Shown here in pieces: positions 19,774 through 29,521 of a stretch of 64,000 nucleotides of DNA (the first letter of the stretch is position 1; the number at the start of each line of letters is the position of its first letter). Source of the stretch: Candidatus Bathyarchaeia archaeon. Its GTDB lineage: Archaea > Thermoproteota > Bathyarchaeia > Bathyarchaeales > Bathycorpusculaceae. The notes under the pieces were generated by a model, which worked only from the letters and a program-made list of their open reading frames with translations, was not told the DNA's origin and made no database searches. The DNA lies in contig JBEKKK010000001.1 of the NCBI GenBank assembly GCA_050010755.1, positions 96,001 to 160,000 on the forward strand, given 5' to 3'. The position numbers were made by a program, and so were the translations under genes.

Positions 19774-21177
19774 TCACCTGTTCTCCGATTTCTCGCTTCT
19801 GAGTTGACGAATGATCACTTTCTTCGCGTAGATTTTTGCGTCCTTCAGTATTATTTTGAAGCCGCCAGCAGTTATGGGCAGTGTCGCCGCCGTTGCGACT
19901 GGCACCAGCTCGGCTTCCCCTTCTTCTAGTACGGCCTCCGCAGCTTCTGGAGTTTCCACTTTCCAGCTCGCAACGACCGGGTGGTTGCGTTCTTTCAGGA
20001 AAGCCTTCAGCTCGTCAATGGTTTTTGCGTTCTCTTCGGTAGCAATCTTGTCGACAACGTCTGTGGGGATGAATTTCTTGACCTTGTCTTTGATTTCTTT
20101 GGGCATCCAGACGATTCGGTTCCAGCCGCCGTCGGCCTGCAGGAACTTTGAGGATCTCATGTACTCTATCGAGAGCCCGTGGAAACCATCCACTTGGCGG
20201 CCGCCCGCCGTTGAGTCGGCCAGCGTTGAAAACGCCAGCCCGTTGACGGTTACTTCCTTGAAGCCTCTGTGAACGATGCCGAACCCGTCTGCCTCCGGTA
20301 TGTAGAAGGCGACGCTTTCAAAACAGCCGCACGAGGTGTGCGGATGGCCGAAGGCCGTGTAGAGTTCGACCTTCGTTATTTCTCCCAGAGACTTTTTCTT
20401 GACTGCTTCGTTCACGCCTGAAAACTCTCCCTTTAAGGCGTCCAACTGTTCCCCACGTTCGATGGCGAAGACGGGGCCTTTCGGATCTATGCTTGCAGCT
20501 GCCTTGCCGTCAAACCAGCTTATAGCTCCGCAATTGGAGTATCGTTGAGGCGTAATAACGCACACGTGAGTCGGAGCGAACGATTGACACAAGACGCAAC
20601 CGTAGAACTTGTCAACCTCTTCGTCCTTTAGTCCCCTGGCTCTGGCGTCCCTGGCTTCGTAAATCTGCAGAGACTCCCCGTACATCTCTTTCACCCTTTC
20701 AGGGTCCGTGATGAATGTCACCTGCATTTTTTCGATTATGGGCAGTTCGCTCTTGAAGAGCCGATTCAGGACTTTTCCGATGTAATCGAAGGAGTTCAAT
20801 CCTTTCTGGAAGGATTTCTTGCTCAGCCTTAGCCAGATGTCGTAGCGTTGGTTGAGGTGCATGAAGCCTTCGATGTAATTGCTGAAAGCGTGTATGCGCC
20901 TTTCTATGACACCTTCAAGTTCTGGGTCTAGCTTAGCGCCAGCAACTTCGATGAGGATACCGAACGGGTAGATCTTTCCCTCTTCCATGTCCTTCAAGTC
21001 GGGCCCTACGATGGTCACTTTTCCGTCTTCGATTTCCTCTGGCCTCTTCACTCGTGCCAGCTCAAACTTCTCTTTAACGTCTGGCCCTCCCAGCTCCACC
21101 TGCATGTCTTTTCTTCGAATCCGTTCTCCCTCATAGATTACGCCCACGTCCACTGGGATGTCTTTGAACATCGACAT
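19774..21177 (-). CDS. cdhC: ACDS complex beta subunit (acetyl-CoA synthase)
   Basis: YEGERIR, GVIERRIH, YGCVLCQSFAPTHVC, HTSCGCFE A-cluster ligands; start set at MSMFKDIP. Confidence 0.96.
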   Translation of the reverse strand: MSMFKDIPVDVGVIYEGERIRRKDMQVELGGPDVKEKFELARVKRPEEIEDGKVTIVGPDLKDMEEGKIYPFGILIEVAGAKLDPELEGVIERRIHAFSNYIEGFMHLNQRYDIWLRLSKKSFQKGLNSFDYIGKVLNRLFKSELPIIEKMQVTFITDPERVKEMYGESLQIYEARDARARGLKDEEVDKFYGCVLCQSFAPTHVCVITPQRYSNCGAISWFDGKAAASIDPKGPVFAIERGEQLDALKGEFSGVNEAVKKKSLGEITKVELYTAFGHPHTSCGCFESVAFYIPEADGFGIVHRGFKEVTVNGLAFSTLADSTAGGRQVDGFHGLSIEYMRSSKFLQADGGWNRIVWMPKEIKDKVKKFIPTDVVDKIATEENAKTIDELKAFLKERNHPVVASWKVETPEAAEAVLEEGEAELVPVATAATLPITAGGFKIILKDAKIYAKKVIIRQLRSEKSENR

Positions 21178-21181
21178 TTCT

Positions 21182-21736
21182 CTATTTTCCTCCTGCTTCT
21201 GACTTGTCAATTATGACCTTAAGGTTTTCCAGCCAGTCCTTCGCTGAGATGTTTGGGAAAGACCAGCTTGCATGTGAGTGATAAACGTTGTCCAACGTTA
21301 CAGTTTTGAGATTCGGCGCGTAATGTTTGAGTCCGGAGAGAATAGTCAGCTCCATGTAATAGGGCAACCCGACGAACAGAGCCAAATCATGCTGCCCTTT
21401 GCCGTCAATTCCTTTCCATTCAGGATCTACAAGTCTGTTTCCAATGTCTACCGCGGGCATCCACCCTGCTGGTTTGTAGGATCTTTTCAAAAACTCGCTT
21501 ACCGTGTGGGCTGTGGCGACGACTGGAATCTTCGTTTTCTGGGCAAAGTCAACGATGAAGTCAATCAGCTTTCTGTCTCCGAGATCTATCTCCGCGACTT
21601 TGTGGCCGACCACGAGTATCGGGTGTTTAGACTTCTTAATCATCGCAACGACGACTTCAGGCTTTGTTATAACAGAGGCTTTTTTTGGGCCTGAAACTTC
21701 AGCAGTTTGCCAGGGTTCCGCTGCCACCGCTCTCAC
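21182..21736 (-). CDS. cdhB: ACDS complex epsilon subunit
   Basis: PWQ.A...GPK.A, W.GIDGKGQHDL, LKHYA, A.WSFPN; position in operon. Confidence 0.93.
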   Translation of the reverse strand: MRAVAAEPWQTAEVSGPKKASVITKPEVVVAMIKKSKHPILVVGHKVAEIDLGDRKLIDFIVDFAQKTKIPVVATAHTVSEFLKRSYKPAGWMPAVDIGNRLVDPEWKGIDGKGQHDLALFVGLPYYMELTILSGLKHYAPNLKTVTLDNVYHSHASWSFPNISAKDWLENLKVIIDKSEAGGK

Positions 21737-24081
21737 TCCTTTCTCTTTCGAATCATTCTGGGCAAGAGAGTTGGGTCAGGTATTACTGTTTCCTTCCACT
21801 TCTTGTCCTGCAATATCTTCATGATTTCGTCTTTCATCGTAACGGGCACGTCTGTAACGGTACGCACGAACTGGGGAATATCCTCAGGCATCGTTCCAAA
21901 CAGCCTCTTGTGCAAGTCGATGTAATGGGTCAGCTTTATCGCCCGACCCTTCGACGTGTCATTAGGCCTCATACAGAGCTTGGCAATCATAACCATCGCC
22001 TCTTCCTTCGTCTCAACTGCGCAGAACAAATGTTCCGGCGTAGGCCCAACGTAAACTTTCTCTCCGGTTCGCGCGTCACAAACGTACCAGTCCTCTTCAC
22101 GATCAGCTCTCCCAAGCAGCATCCGACGATACTTTGTTCCATGCGGACCCACTACAACGGGTATTCCCAGCCTCCAGAAGCCGCTCGCGATTGCCGCTGC
22201 CTTCTGGGACATGGCTCCCCATGCCACTCCGACGGCGCCGACACGATTCAATATGTAATCGGCTATTTCCTCGTAGTTGCCTCTCAGATTGCGTTTAGCA
22301 AATATGTTGGCGATTTTTATCGCGGCCCCCGCGATATGCGCATTCGCTACGCATGAACCGACGTTGACGACGCCGCCTGCGGCGAATTCACCCGTGAATG
22401 TTTCGTACGGACTCTTGCCCTCTTCATTCTTGTACATAGCCGCAGACATCGCTGAGCATCCAGAAGTCACGACTATGTAGCGCCTGTTGGCAAACTCGGT
22501 TACCATCTCAGCGACTTCTGCTCCGCCCTTGGGAAAGTTGGCGCAGCCCACGAAGGCAACGACGCCTGGAATCTCACCGAGCACGATGGGACTTCCGACG
22601 TTCCTTATTTCAACGTCCTGTATGGCTCCTCTTCCAGCACGGATCTTGTAGGTTTCTTCTTTCAGCTTCTTTTCTCCCGCCTTCACTATGAAACTGTGGA
22701 TTTTTAGGCCAACGGGACACGCCTGTTCGCATCGTATACACCCTACGCAAGATTCGTACAGGTCTGACAGCATCGTCAAGTCTTCCTTTCCGGCGGCTTT
22801 CATGGCCTCTGGAATGTTAAGATCCTGTGGACATGCCCGTCTACAGTCATCACATTGTTTGCACTCTTTCGCCCTCCGAACAACCTCTTCAGCCGATGGA
22901 ATTGTCTTGAACTTCTTCCGCACGGGTGCAACTTTCAACGAGGTCTTAACTGCGACTTCTCCAACTTTCTCCGGATCAAGAATAAGCACTCCAGGAGTCT
23001 TTCCGCTCACAAGATCTTCGACTATTTCATCTGCAGGGTCGCTAGTGCGATCTGGCAATCCCATGCAGTTCTTCTCAGAGGCCACGATGACGGGGGCCTT
23101 GATGCTGTGAGCTTCTTCTAAAGCGTCTGTCCGGATGCACTGCTCATCCAAGACAACGACGTCTGGAACACCGCTTCTTATGAAGCGCAACTGCCACGAA
23201 ATCGGACCCACGATTTTCGCTTTTTTATGATATCTGGTGATGTCGTGTGCCGTGCAGCAGAGGCCGCACACCTCAACTTCGGTGTCAGCTCCGCTCTCTT
23301 TCAGGTAGTCTATTATTCCGATTGAAGGAACGACATTGTGACCTATGACAAGAATTACGGGTTTCTCGGGTTTTATGGTTCCAAACCCTAAATCTACGAG
23401 AGGAGAATCAGGATCCGCCTTTGGAAAGCCGTATGTTGCAACCTGAGCAATGTCGGCAACCTCCAATCCAAGGTGGTCAATCATGCCAGCGTGAAGAACC
23501 TTTGATTCAAAATCGGTGCTGTTTCCTTCCATGCCCGTGTGTGTTACCGAGAGTAAATTGGTAAGCTGATTTTCAGCATAATCTAGAATTTCTTCAAGGT
23601 CCCCAAGTGTTCGGGGTTTTGTTCCGCAGACCAAACGTATGATCGGCGCCTCAACCTTAATGTTAAGGCCGCCCACGTCGAGGGCTTTTCTGCGACCGAA
23701 CTTTTTGATTAAGTGTTCGACCAGATGACGAGCGTGTCCGACGTGCGTCGACGTTCCTATGCAGCAAGCCAGCAGGACTGTTCTCGACTGCTGCGCAGAC
23801 ATGTTTATTCCACAAGCCCCACGTTTGTTGCCGGTCAAGTCACATTTTCCATACGTGCAGAGACAGCACAAGTCACAGAAGGGCATGTAGAACGGTTTGT
23901 ACCGTTGGAGAAGCTTCTTGTCCCACTCCCTAAGCGTGGTCATGGAAGGAAATGGAGTTGGCCCCATGGGCTCGGTCCACGATTCATCAACAACCTTACC
24001 CACCGATAGTTCGAGGTTCTTTACAACTCCAACATCAGTCTTTAACTCTCCAATCTTCACTTTAACGCCTTTTCTACTCAA
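21733..24081 (-). CDS. cdhA: ACDS complex alpha subunit (Ni-CO dehydrogenase)
   Basis: GPTPFP, CDLCCLCTYGKC, GHNV, CCTAHD, two CxxCxxCxxxCP motifs, GSCVANAH, GAMSQKA. Confidence 0.97.
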   Translation of the reverse strand: MSRKGVKVKIGELKTDVGVVKNLELSVGKVVDESWTEPMGPTPFPSMTTLREWDKKLLQRYKPFYMPFCDLCCLCTYGKCDLTGNKRGACGINMSAQQSRTVLLACCIGTSTHVGHARHLVEHLIKKFGRRKALDVGGLNIKVEAPIIRLVCGTKPRTLGDLEEILDYAENQLTNLLSVTHTGMEGNSTDFESKVLHAGMIDHLGLEVADIAQVATYGFPKADPDSPLVDLGFGTIKPEKPVILVIGHNVVPSIGIIDYLKESGADTEVEVCGLCCTAHDITRYHKKAKIVGPISWQLRFIRSGVPDVVVLDEQCIRTDALEEAHSIKAPVIVASEKNCMGLPDRTSDPADEIVEDLVSGKTPGVLILDPEKVGEVAVKTSLKVAPVRKKFKTIPSAEEVVRRAKECKQCDDCRRACPQDLNIPEAMKAAGKEDLTMLSDLYESCVGCIRCEQACPVGLKIHSFIVKAGEKKLKEETYKIRAGRGAIQDVEIRNVGSPIVLGEIPGVVAFVGCANFPKGGAEVAEMVTEFANRRYIVVTSGCSAMSAAMYKNEEGKSPYETFTGEFAAGGVVNVGSCVANAHIAGAAIKIANIFAKRNLRGNYEEIADYILNRVGAVGVAWGAMSQKAAAIASGFWRLGIPVVVGPHGTKYRRMLLGRADREEDWYVCDARTGEKVYVGPTPEHLFCAVETKEEAMVMIAKLCMRPNDTSKGRAIKLTHYIDLHKRLFGTMPEDIPQFVRTVTDVPVTMKDEIMKILQDKKWKETVIPDPTLLPRMIRKRKE

Positions 24082-24416
24082 TTAAAAACCAGCCCAGATA
24101 TCTGCAGAGATTTAACGTGGTTACTGAATTATTTTAAGTTTGTCTTGGGAATTCTGCCGTTTTATCGTTCCAAATTCGGCTTCAACAACAAGGTTTTCTA
24201 GCGCCATGGCGTGTTTGTGAATCCCTTTTTCAATTGTGACCGAGTTGAGGGTCGCGCCCTTTAATCATCTTCCCATCCCCGAAACTAGCGAGACCGTGCC
24301 TTTCAGAAGGCTGAACGCTTGGAGAACAGCTGCAGAAATAATCGCAGCTCTTTTCCCTTTTTGAAAAGACGGTTCTTCTCGCCCATTCTTAGAATTAAAC
24401 TCTTAGAGTTCCAATC

Positions 24417-24788
24417 CTAGTGATGGCGCGCGCGGTGGCAGCCTTCGGTAAGCTCTTGCAGCTGGTCATCGTTGTATGAAGCAATTACGTCCTTGACTAT
24501 ATCTGCGTTCGCTTTCAACACTGCTACTCCTGCTTCTTGGAATCCGGTCAAACCTCTTGGGCCCATTCCGAAGGTTATTATCGCGTTCGGTTTCCGCTCC
24601 AGAATGTGTTCGTGCATGTGTCCTTTGCCTCCGAAATGTTCACCTTTGTTTTCCACGGTCTCCACATTTTCGACTTTCCCATCGTTGTCCAACGTTACAG
24701 TAACATAGAAGGGCGCTCTTCCGAAATGCTCCGCTATTCCAGCATTCAAACCGTTCCTGTCCGAAACCGGAACAATAACTTTTTTCAT
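24417..24788 (-). CDS. NifB/NifX-family metal-cluster binding protein
   Basis: HFGRAPFY, GMGPRG, C-terminal Cys/His; start set at MKKVIVPV behind GGAGGTGA. Confidence 0.88.
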   Translation of the reverse strand: MKKVIVPVSDRNGLNAGIAEHFGRAPFYVTVTLDNDGKVENVETVENKGEHFGGKGHMHEHILERKPNAIITFGMGPRGLTGFQEAGVAVLKANADIVKDVIASYNDDQLQELTEGCHRARHH

Positions 24789-24808
24789 TGCGTCACCTCC
24801 CCTTTTCA

Positions 24809-25666
24809 CTATTTCTCCGCCTTCTGTTTCAGCGAGTCTTCGATTTTCTTGACGATTTCCATGAAAGCCTTTGAAGCTGCAGAGTTGGGATGCTCCACGA
24901 TGAATGGTTCTCCTCTATCAGCATCCTCACAAATTTCTTGATCAATCGGAATGCTTCCGAGAAACGATATGTTCAATTCCTGAGCTATCTTTTGCCCACC
25001 GCCAGACTCGAAGATGTCAGATCTTTTCCCACAATTAGGACAGATGAAACCGCTCATGTTCTCGACTACACCGATGATGGGCATTCCCAGCTGCTGAGCA
25101 AAGGTTACAGACTTCTTGACGATCACCTGCGAGATTTTAGATGGGATAGTAACTATCACGACGCCATCCATTTCTGGCAATAACTGAGCGATGCTTAGTG
25201 GCTCATCCCCTGTTCCAGGTGGTAGATCGATTAGCAGTATGTCCAAGTCTCCCCAGACTATGTCTGACAAGAACTGGCGAATAGCAGTCATCTTCATCGG
25301 CCCACGCCAAATCACTGGTGCATTTTCATCGGGCAATAGAAAGTCCATGGAAACGACCTTTATCCCTAAAGTGCCGGAGGCTGGGAAGGCTCCCGGCGGC
25401 CCCGATTGGAGCCTTTGGCCTGTTAACCCAAGCATTCTCGGTACGCTGGGACCATGTATGTCTGCGTCAAGAATGCCGATCCGGTTGGCGTGTCCATGCA
25501 TCGCGAGGGCGACGGCCAAGTTCACTGCAACTGTGCTTTTGCCAACGCCACCTTTGCCGCTTATTATGGCTATCTTGTGTCTGACCTTGCTCATTCTTGT
25601 CTTAAGCTTCTGCTCCTGTTCCGAAAACTGCTTCTCTCTCTGTGCCACTATTTGCGCGCTTGTCAA
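24809..25666 (-). CDS. Mrp/NBP35 Fe-S cluster carrier ATPase
   Basis: SGKGGVGKST, DADIHGPS, WRGP, DLPPGTGDE, ENMS...CP.CG; start set at TTG 25666 behind GAGGGGGT so it does not overlap DUF134. Confidence 0.92.
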   Translation of the reverse strand: MTSAQIVAQREKQFSEQEQKLKTRMSKVRHKIAIISGKGGVGKSTVAVNLAVALAMHGHANRIGILDADIHGPSVPRMLGLTGQRLQSGPPGAFPASGTLGIKVVSMDFLLPDENAPVIWRGPMKMTAIRQFLSDIVWGDLDILLIDLPPGTGDEPLSIAQLLPEMDGVVIVTIPSKISQVIVKKSVTFAQQLGMPIIGVVENMSGFICPNCGKRSDIFESGGGQKIAQELNISFLGSIPIDQEICEDADRGEPFIVEHPNSAASKAFMEIVKKIEDSLKQKAEK

Positions 25667-25679
25667 TTCGATAACCCCC

Positions 25680-26141
25680 TCATATTTCAAAATGGCCTCT
25701 GCGACCTCTTCCAAGTCGAGCGTGCCCTCTGTCTTGGGGAGCCCTGTGTATGTTCTTGCCTCCGCATTTTGGACACGCATCGAGTCTTCCTTTTCCGTGC
25801 GGTTCTTCCCACTCGTGGCCGCATTCGGCGCATTTGAATTTTCTTGTTGTGTCCCACGTGTATTCTCCTCCTTCTATTCGTATGGCTTTGCCATTCACCA
25901 GCGCGTCTGCCACCTTCTTTCTTGCCGCCTCTATCACTCTGTGAAATGTTGGTTGCGATATGCGCATACTGTCAGCAGCAGCTGTCTGCTCTAATCCCTC
26001 GAGATCTTTCAATCGTATCGCTTCAAATTCGTCTACGCTTAGATCAACGCTTTTCAAAGAAGTCATTGGAATGCCTCTGGGTTTGAAGTACGTCACTCCT
26101 GGTTCGCAACATACCCTTCGGCAGATTCTTGGTCTAGGCAC
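25680..26141 (-). CDS. DUF134 (UPF0251) HTH DNA-binding protein with C-terminal zinc ribbon
   Basis: MPRPR..R.V, FKP.G, EFEAIRLKDLEGL.Q..AA..M.ISQPTF.R, CAECG..CPKCG. Confidence 0.9.
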   Translation of the reverse strand: MPRPRICRRVCCEPGVTYFKPRGIPMTSLKSVDLSVDEFEAIRLKDLEGLEQTAAADSMRISQPTFHRVIEAARKKVADALVNGKAIRIEGGEYTWDTTRKFKCAECGHEWEEPHGKGRLDACPKCGGKNIHRAPQDRGHARLGRGRRGHFEI

Positions 26142-26143
26142 GG

Positions 26144-26163
26144 TTATGAATATATATTCATAA
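26144..26163. promoter_or_regulatory. Perfect 20-bp palindrome, probable DUF134 autoregulatory operator
   Basis: TTATGAATATATATTCATAA lies between a minus-strand TTTAAG TATA (~26169-26174) and the GTG start at 26141. Confidence 0.7.
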
Positions 26164-26292
26164 ATCTCTTAAAGGTTTCGTAACGCAAGCTGGGAAAGGC
26201 AACATGAAATTGTGGAGAACAGCAGGCATTGCGCCCTGACAGGAAATCAGAACGAGTTCAAAACACTGAACAATGAGCGAAGATGGAGGCCC

Positions 26293-26997
26293 TCAACTTT
26301 CCAAGTGATATGGACATTTTTGCTTCAAGCACTCCTTGTTTAGATCTTTGAACTCGCACTTCACTTTTCGGTTGATCTTCATATCAAAGCTGAAATTCTC
26401 CTTTAGAAAATTCACGGTTTGATTTATCGCAAGAAATGTATTCCTCTTGCAGCACCTTGGGCCTCCGTGATCTGCTATTGTCAGGAGGCTTTTCGCCGTT
26501 ATCAAGTTGCTTAACTTCCATTCTCGTGAGGACAATGGCGTCGCGTTTGTAATCAAGCTCATGAAAATTCCTGTTCCTACGGCAGCTCCACAATCTCCGT
26601 AAAATCCACAGAACCCTCCCAGTATTTTTGAAGATCTAGATCTTGCTTCCTTTATTTTCAGTCTCTTTTGCGCGTAATCTCCTTTAGCGTTGTAATACGC
26701 AGCGAGCAAAACGGCTGGGACAAGGAAATGGTGCTCTGGTCCGTGCATCTTTATCTTGGGGTTTCTCAACAAGATCAAAGCAAGTTCCAAAGGATCTGTT
26801 ATTTTGCTCGTACTGCAGAAATTCTCTATCAGATCGTTTCCCGGCATGCTGTGGCACTTGTCGCAGACATAGTGTCCCTTTCTGCACTTTACGTTTGAAT
26901 CAAGAATTTCGTGACAATAGAAACACTCCAGTTTTTCATTCTGCCCGTAAACAAGTTCATCCCCACAAACGACGCAGCCACTTCTCTTATGCGACAT
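26293..26997 (-). CDS. Cys-rich DUF5714-like protein
   Basis: CVVCG, C..GHYVCD.CH, MHGPEHH.LVP, GGFCG..G.CGAAVG, GGPRCCKR, C....CPY. Confidence 0.8.
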   Translation of the reverse strand: MSHKRSGCVVCGDELVYGQNEKLECFYCHEILDSNVKCRKGHYVCDKCHSMPGNDLIENFCSTSKITDPLELALILLRNPKIKMHGPEHHFLVPAVLLAAYYNAKGDYAQKRLKIKEARSRSSKILGGFCGFYGDCGAAVGTGIFMSLITNATPLSSREWKLSNLITAKSLLTIADHGGPRCCKRNTFLAINQTVNFLKENFSFDMKINRKVKCEFKDLNKECLKQKCPYHLES

Positions 26998-27146
26998 TTT
27001 TCCACCTCGAACACATCATCATCTTGTTCTTGCTTTCTTCAGCGCGTGAATTCTCCTTGAACACTGGTCTGTCAATCTTAAATGGTAAAATATCAATCTG
27101 TACTTAGCGATATAAAAAAAGAGGTTACATTGAGGCTTCTTTAGTC

Positions 27147-27431
27147 TTACATGGTTTTCGCGACTTCGCTGAATGGTAGGACTGGTCTTACGTCAACTGC
27201 CATTTGACCAAAGAACTTTGAAATCGTAAAGGCATTGTCGGCGTCTATAATGAAGAAACCCTTATGATCAGTACTCTTGTCTTTTGGGCAACTCATATAG
27301 GCTCCGACTATTTTGAGACCCGACTTCCTGACGTTCTCATCTGAAAAGAGCGTTTTGATCATTGTTTTTCCTTCAGGCGTTAGTAGCGGACATTTTGCGG
27401 CTTGATGGGTATGGGTTGCGACAAACAGCAA
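27147..27431 (-). CDS. Small conserved hypothetical protein (GYD/DUF3303-like)
   Basis: F...HTH....CP start, H.GFFIIDA, V.PV; TTG start behind GGAGGTGA. Confidence 0.6.
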   Translation of the reverse strand: MLFVATHTHQAAKCPLLTPEGKTMIKTLFSDENVRKSGLKIVGAYMSCPKDKSTDHKGFFIIDADNAFTISKFFGQMAVDVRPVLPFSEVAKTM

Positions 27432-27478
27432 AGACTCACCTCCTTTCTGCATTTCAGCCTAAAGTAATTCGGTTCTGG

Positions 27479-27925
27479 CTATTTGGGCACTACTTCGAAT
27501 TCCACTTTCAACGGAATCGGTTCTTTGAATATGGATAGTACCGGACAGTTTGCTTCAGTTCTCCGCCAAGCAGCCTCAAGCAACTCCTTTCTTGCATTTG
27601 CACACACTTTGGTCTTCACGGTCACTCCAGTCAATACTGGGGAGTCGGGAGATTTGTCTGCTTCCGCCACGGCCTCGACTTTGATAAGTTCGATTTTGCT
27701 TTGCTTGCAGCAATCGGCAAATATGGTTACTGCACAATCTGCTAACGCCATTACTGCCAATTCAAGAGCTGTTGGACCCGTGTCGTTCCCACCCGCTGCT
27801 GTAGAAAGGTCGCAGACTACGCTATGCGTTCTGGAATTGTCAACTACTGACCGAACATTCTCTATCCATTTCGCTGTAGCCTTAATTTTTGGCATTTCCT
27901 TCACCGAATCAGACATTATACCCAC
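27479..27925 (-). CDS. OsmC-family protein
   Basis: GG.DTGPT.LE....LA.C and C-terminal CPV redox cysteines. Confidence 0.87.
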   Translation of the reverse strand: MGIMSDSVKEMPKIKATAKWIENVRSVVDNSRTHSVVCDLSTAAGGNDTGPTALELAVMALADCAVTIFADCCKQSKIELIKVEAVAEADKSPDSPVLTGVTVKTKVCANARKELLEAAWRRTEANCPVLSIFKEPIPLKVEFEVVPK

Positions 27926-28079
27926 GACAAATTAAGAGTTGCGCAAGCTGGCGCGCATGGTTGTTGTCAAAGTTGCTTAGAATTTTTTGTTCCTAATTTG
28001 AGGAAGGCAAGGGTCACGCGTGCACGTGCTACGAAAACAATAAGACTTACATTTCTAAGCTGGATGATCGTGGAGAACA

Positions 28080-28529
28080 ATGTCTAAACCTGAGAAGAAT
28101 GTGGGTATAATTATCTGTGACCGTTACCATAGTTGCGCCGGCGGGAAATGCCTAAGAGCATTGAAGAACAAGGAAGGAGCTTTCAGTTTGTACATCGATC
28201 AGGAAGTGAAACTAGTGGGATACACTACTTGTGGAGGATGCCCTGGTGGAAACGTTGAAGACTGTATTGAAGAAATGAAGAAAAACGGTGCTGAAGTGAT
28301 TCACTTTGCTACAGGAATGGTCGTCGGTTATCCACCCTGCCCCTACATTGACCAGTTGCGCGACTTTGTTAAGCAGAAATACAATATTGAGGTGGTTATC
28401 GGAACACATCCAATTCCACAGAAATATTACCTGACACACGAAGCCCTCGGAACTTGGAAATCGCCTGAATGGAAAGAACGAATCAAGCATGTACTGACAG
28501 ATGAGCAGACACGATCAAAATACAATTGA
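28080..28529 (+). CDS. CGGC-domain metal-binding protein
   Basis: GIIIC..Y..CAGGKC, TCGGCPG, IHFAT, PPCP, GTH. Confidence 0.9.
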   Translation: MSKPEKNVGIIICDRYHSCAGGKCLRALKNKEGAFSLYIDQEVKLVGYTTCGGCPGGNVEDCIEEMKKNGAEVIHFATGMVVGYPPCPYIDQLRDFVKQKYNIEVVIGTHPIPQKYYLTHEALGTWKSPEWKERIKHVLTDEQTRSKYN

Positions 28530-28750
28530 CCAAAAATCTTTTCATTCCTGATATCTTGTAGCCACTGATTTCGCAGAACCTTATCTGGTAGCCATTAATA
28601 CCGAAGAATAGGTCGACCGATCAATCACGGATGGAGTCGGTTTTTGCATTGGCCTTGACTCGTGCACGATGCGACCGCCAGATTATGGCGCGCACCACTG
28701 ATTGCTGACGTAGGTGGTTCAGGAAGCAAACATGATAAAGCCCATACTAA

Positions 28751-29521
28751 TTAATGCTTGGAATAACCGGCCGACAGCAATATTTCCTTGACTGAAGCAA
28801 ACGCAGGTGAGTCTGAGGGCAGGTCCAAGAGAGATCTTCCTTCAAGAACGTACTCTTCGACTTTTTCATCTCTGACTATCTTGCCCAAGTACTTGAATTT
28901 CAGAGCGTTTTCAACATGGCTTCTCAGGTTTTCTGGAAGCCTGTAACCGCCGACGACGTAGAAGTTCTCGAAGGCTATTTTGACCTCTTTGGCCACGCGG
29001 TAGGCCCGTTCAACGTGGTCGATGGATTTCTTTGAAGGATCGATAACGTCGAAAACGTCGTTGATTTTTGTTGCGATTCGTCGGTTCAGGTGCTCCAAGC
29101 CCGCAGGGGAATCGATGAGTACGTACTTGTAGTTCTTTGTCAGGGTTTCGAGTGCTCCCTTCAGGGCTGCGTTTGGCAGGCAGTAGCATCCTTCGACCCA
29201 TTTTGTCCCGAGGGCGATGAAGTCAAAACTGTCGCCTTCGTACATGCCTCGAGCCCATATCTTGTTTTCAATCCGCTCAGTGGGGGCAACGCCGACGGTG
29301 GTTCCTCCTTCTTCCAGAAAAGTTTCCACAAGCAAGTCTGAGATTGACTTTTTGCCCACATCTTTCAGGTCTACTCCGACCATTTCGCCCAAATTTTGGT
29401 CAGGGTCAGCGTCGACTAGGAGAAGAGGTGAATCCCCAGCCTCGCTGAAGTACTTGGCCATCATGGCCACAAAACTCGTCTTTCCCGTTCCTCCGCGGCC
29501 GATAGTGACAAGCGTCTTCAA
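28751..29521 (-). CDS. cooC: CooC/AcsF-like nickel-insertion ATPase
   Basis: GRGGTGKT, DADP..NL, EGCYC, D.PAGLEHL.R. Confidence 0.85.
   Translation of the reverse strand: MKTLVTIGRGGTGKTSFVAMMAKYFSEAGDSPLLLVDADPDQNLGEMVGVDLKDVGKKSISDLLVETFLEEGGTTVGVAPTERIENKIWARGMYEGDSFDFIALGTKWVEGCYCLPNAALKGALETLTKNYKYVLIDSPAGLEHLNRRIATKINDVFDVIDPSKKSIDHVERAYRVAKEVKIAFENFYVVGGYRLPENLRSHVENALKFKYLGKIVRDEKVEEYVLEGRSLLDLPSDSPAFASVKEILLSAGYSKH

Noticed and set aside
17069-25994. Many long antisense ORFs over the cdh operon and Mrp (e.g. 17657-18328, 21685-22356, 25191-25994)
   Set aside because: Antisense shadows of well-supported genes with no recognisable motifs
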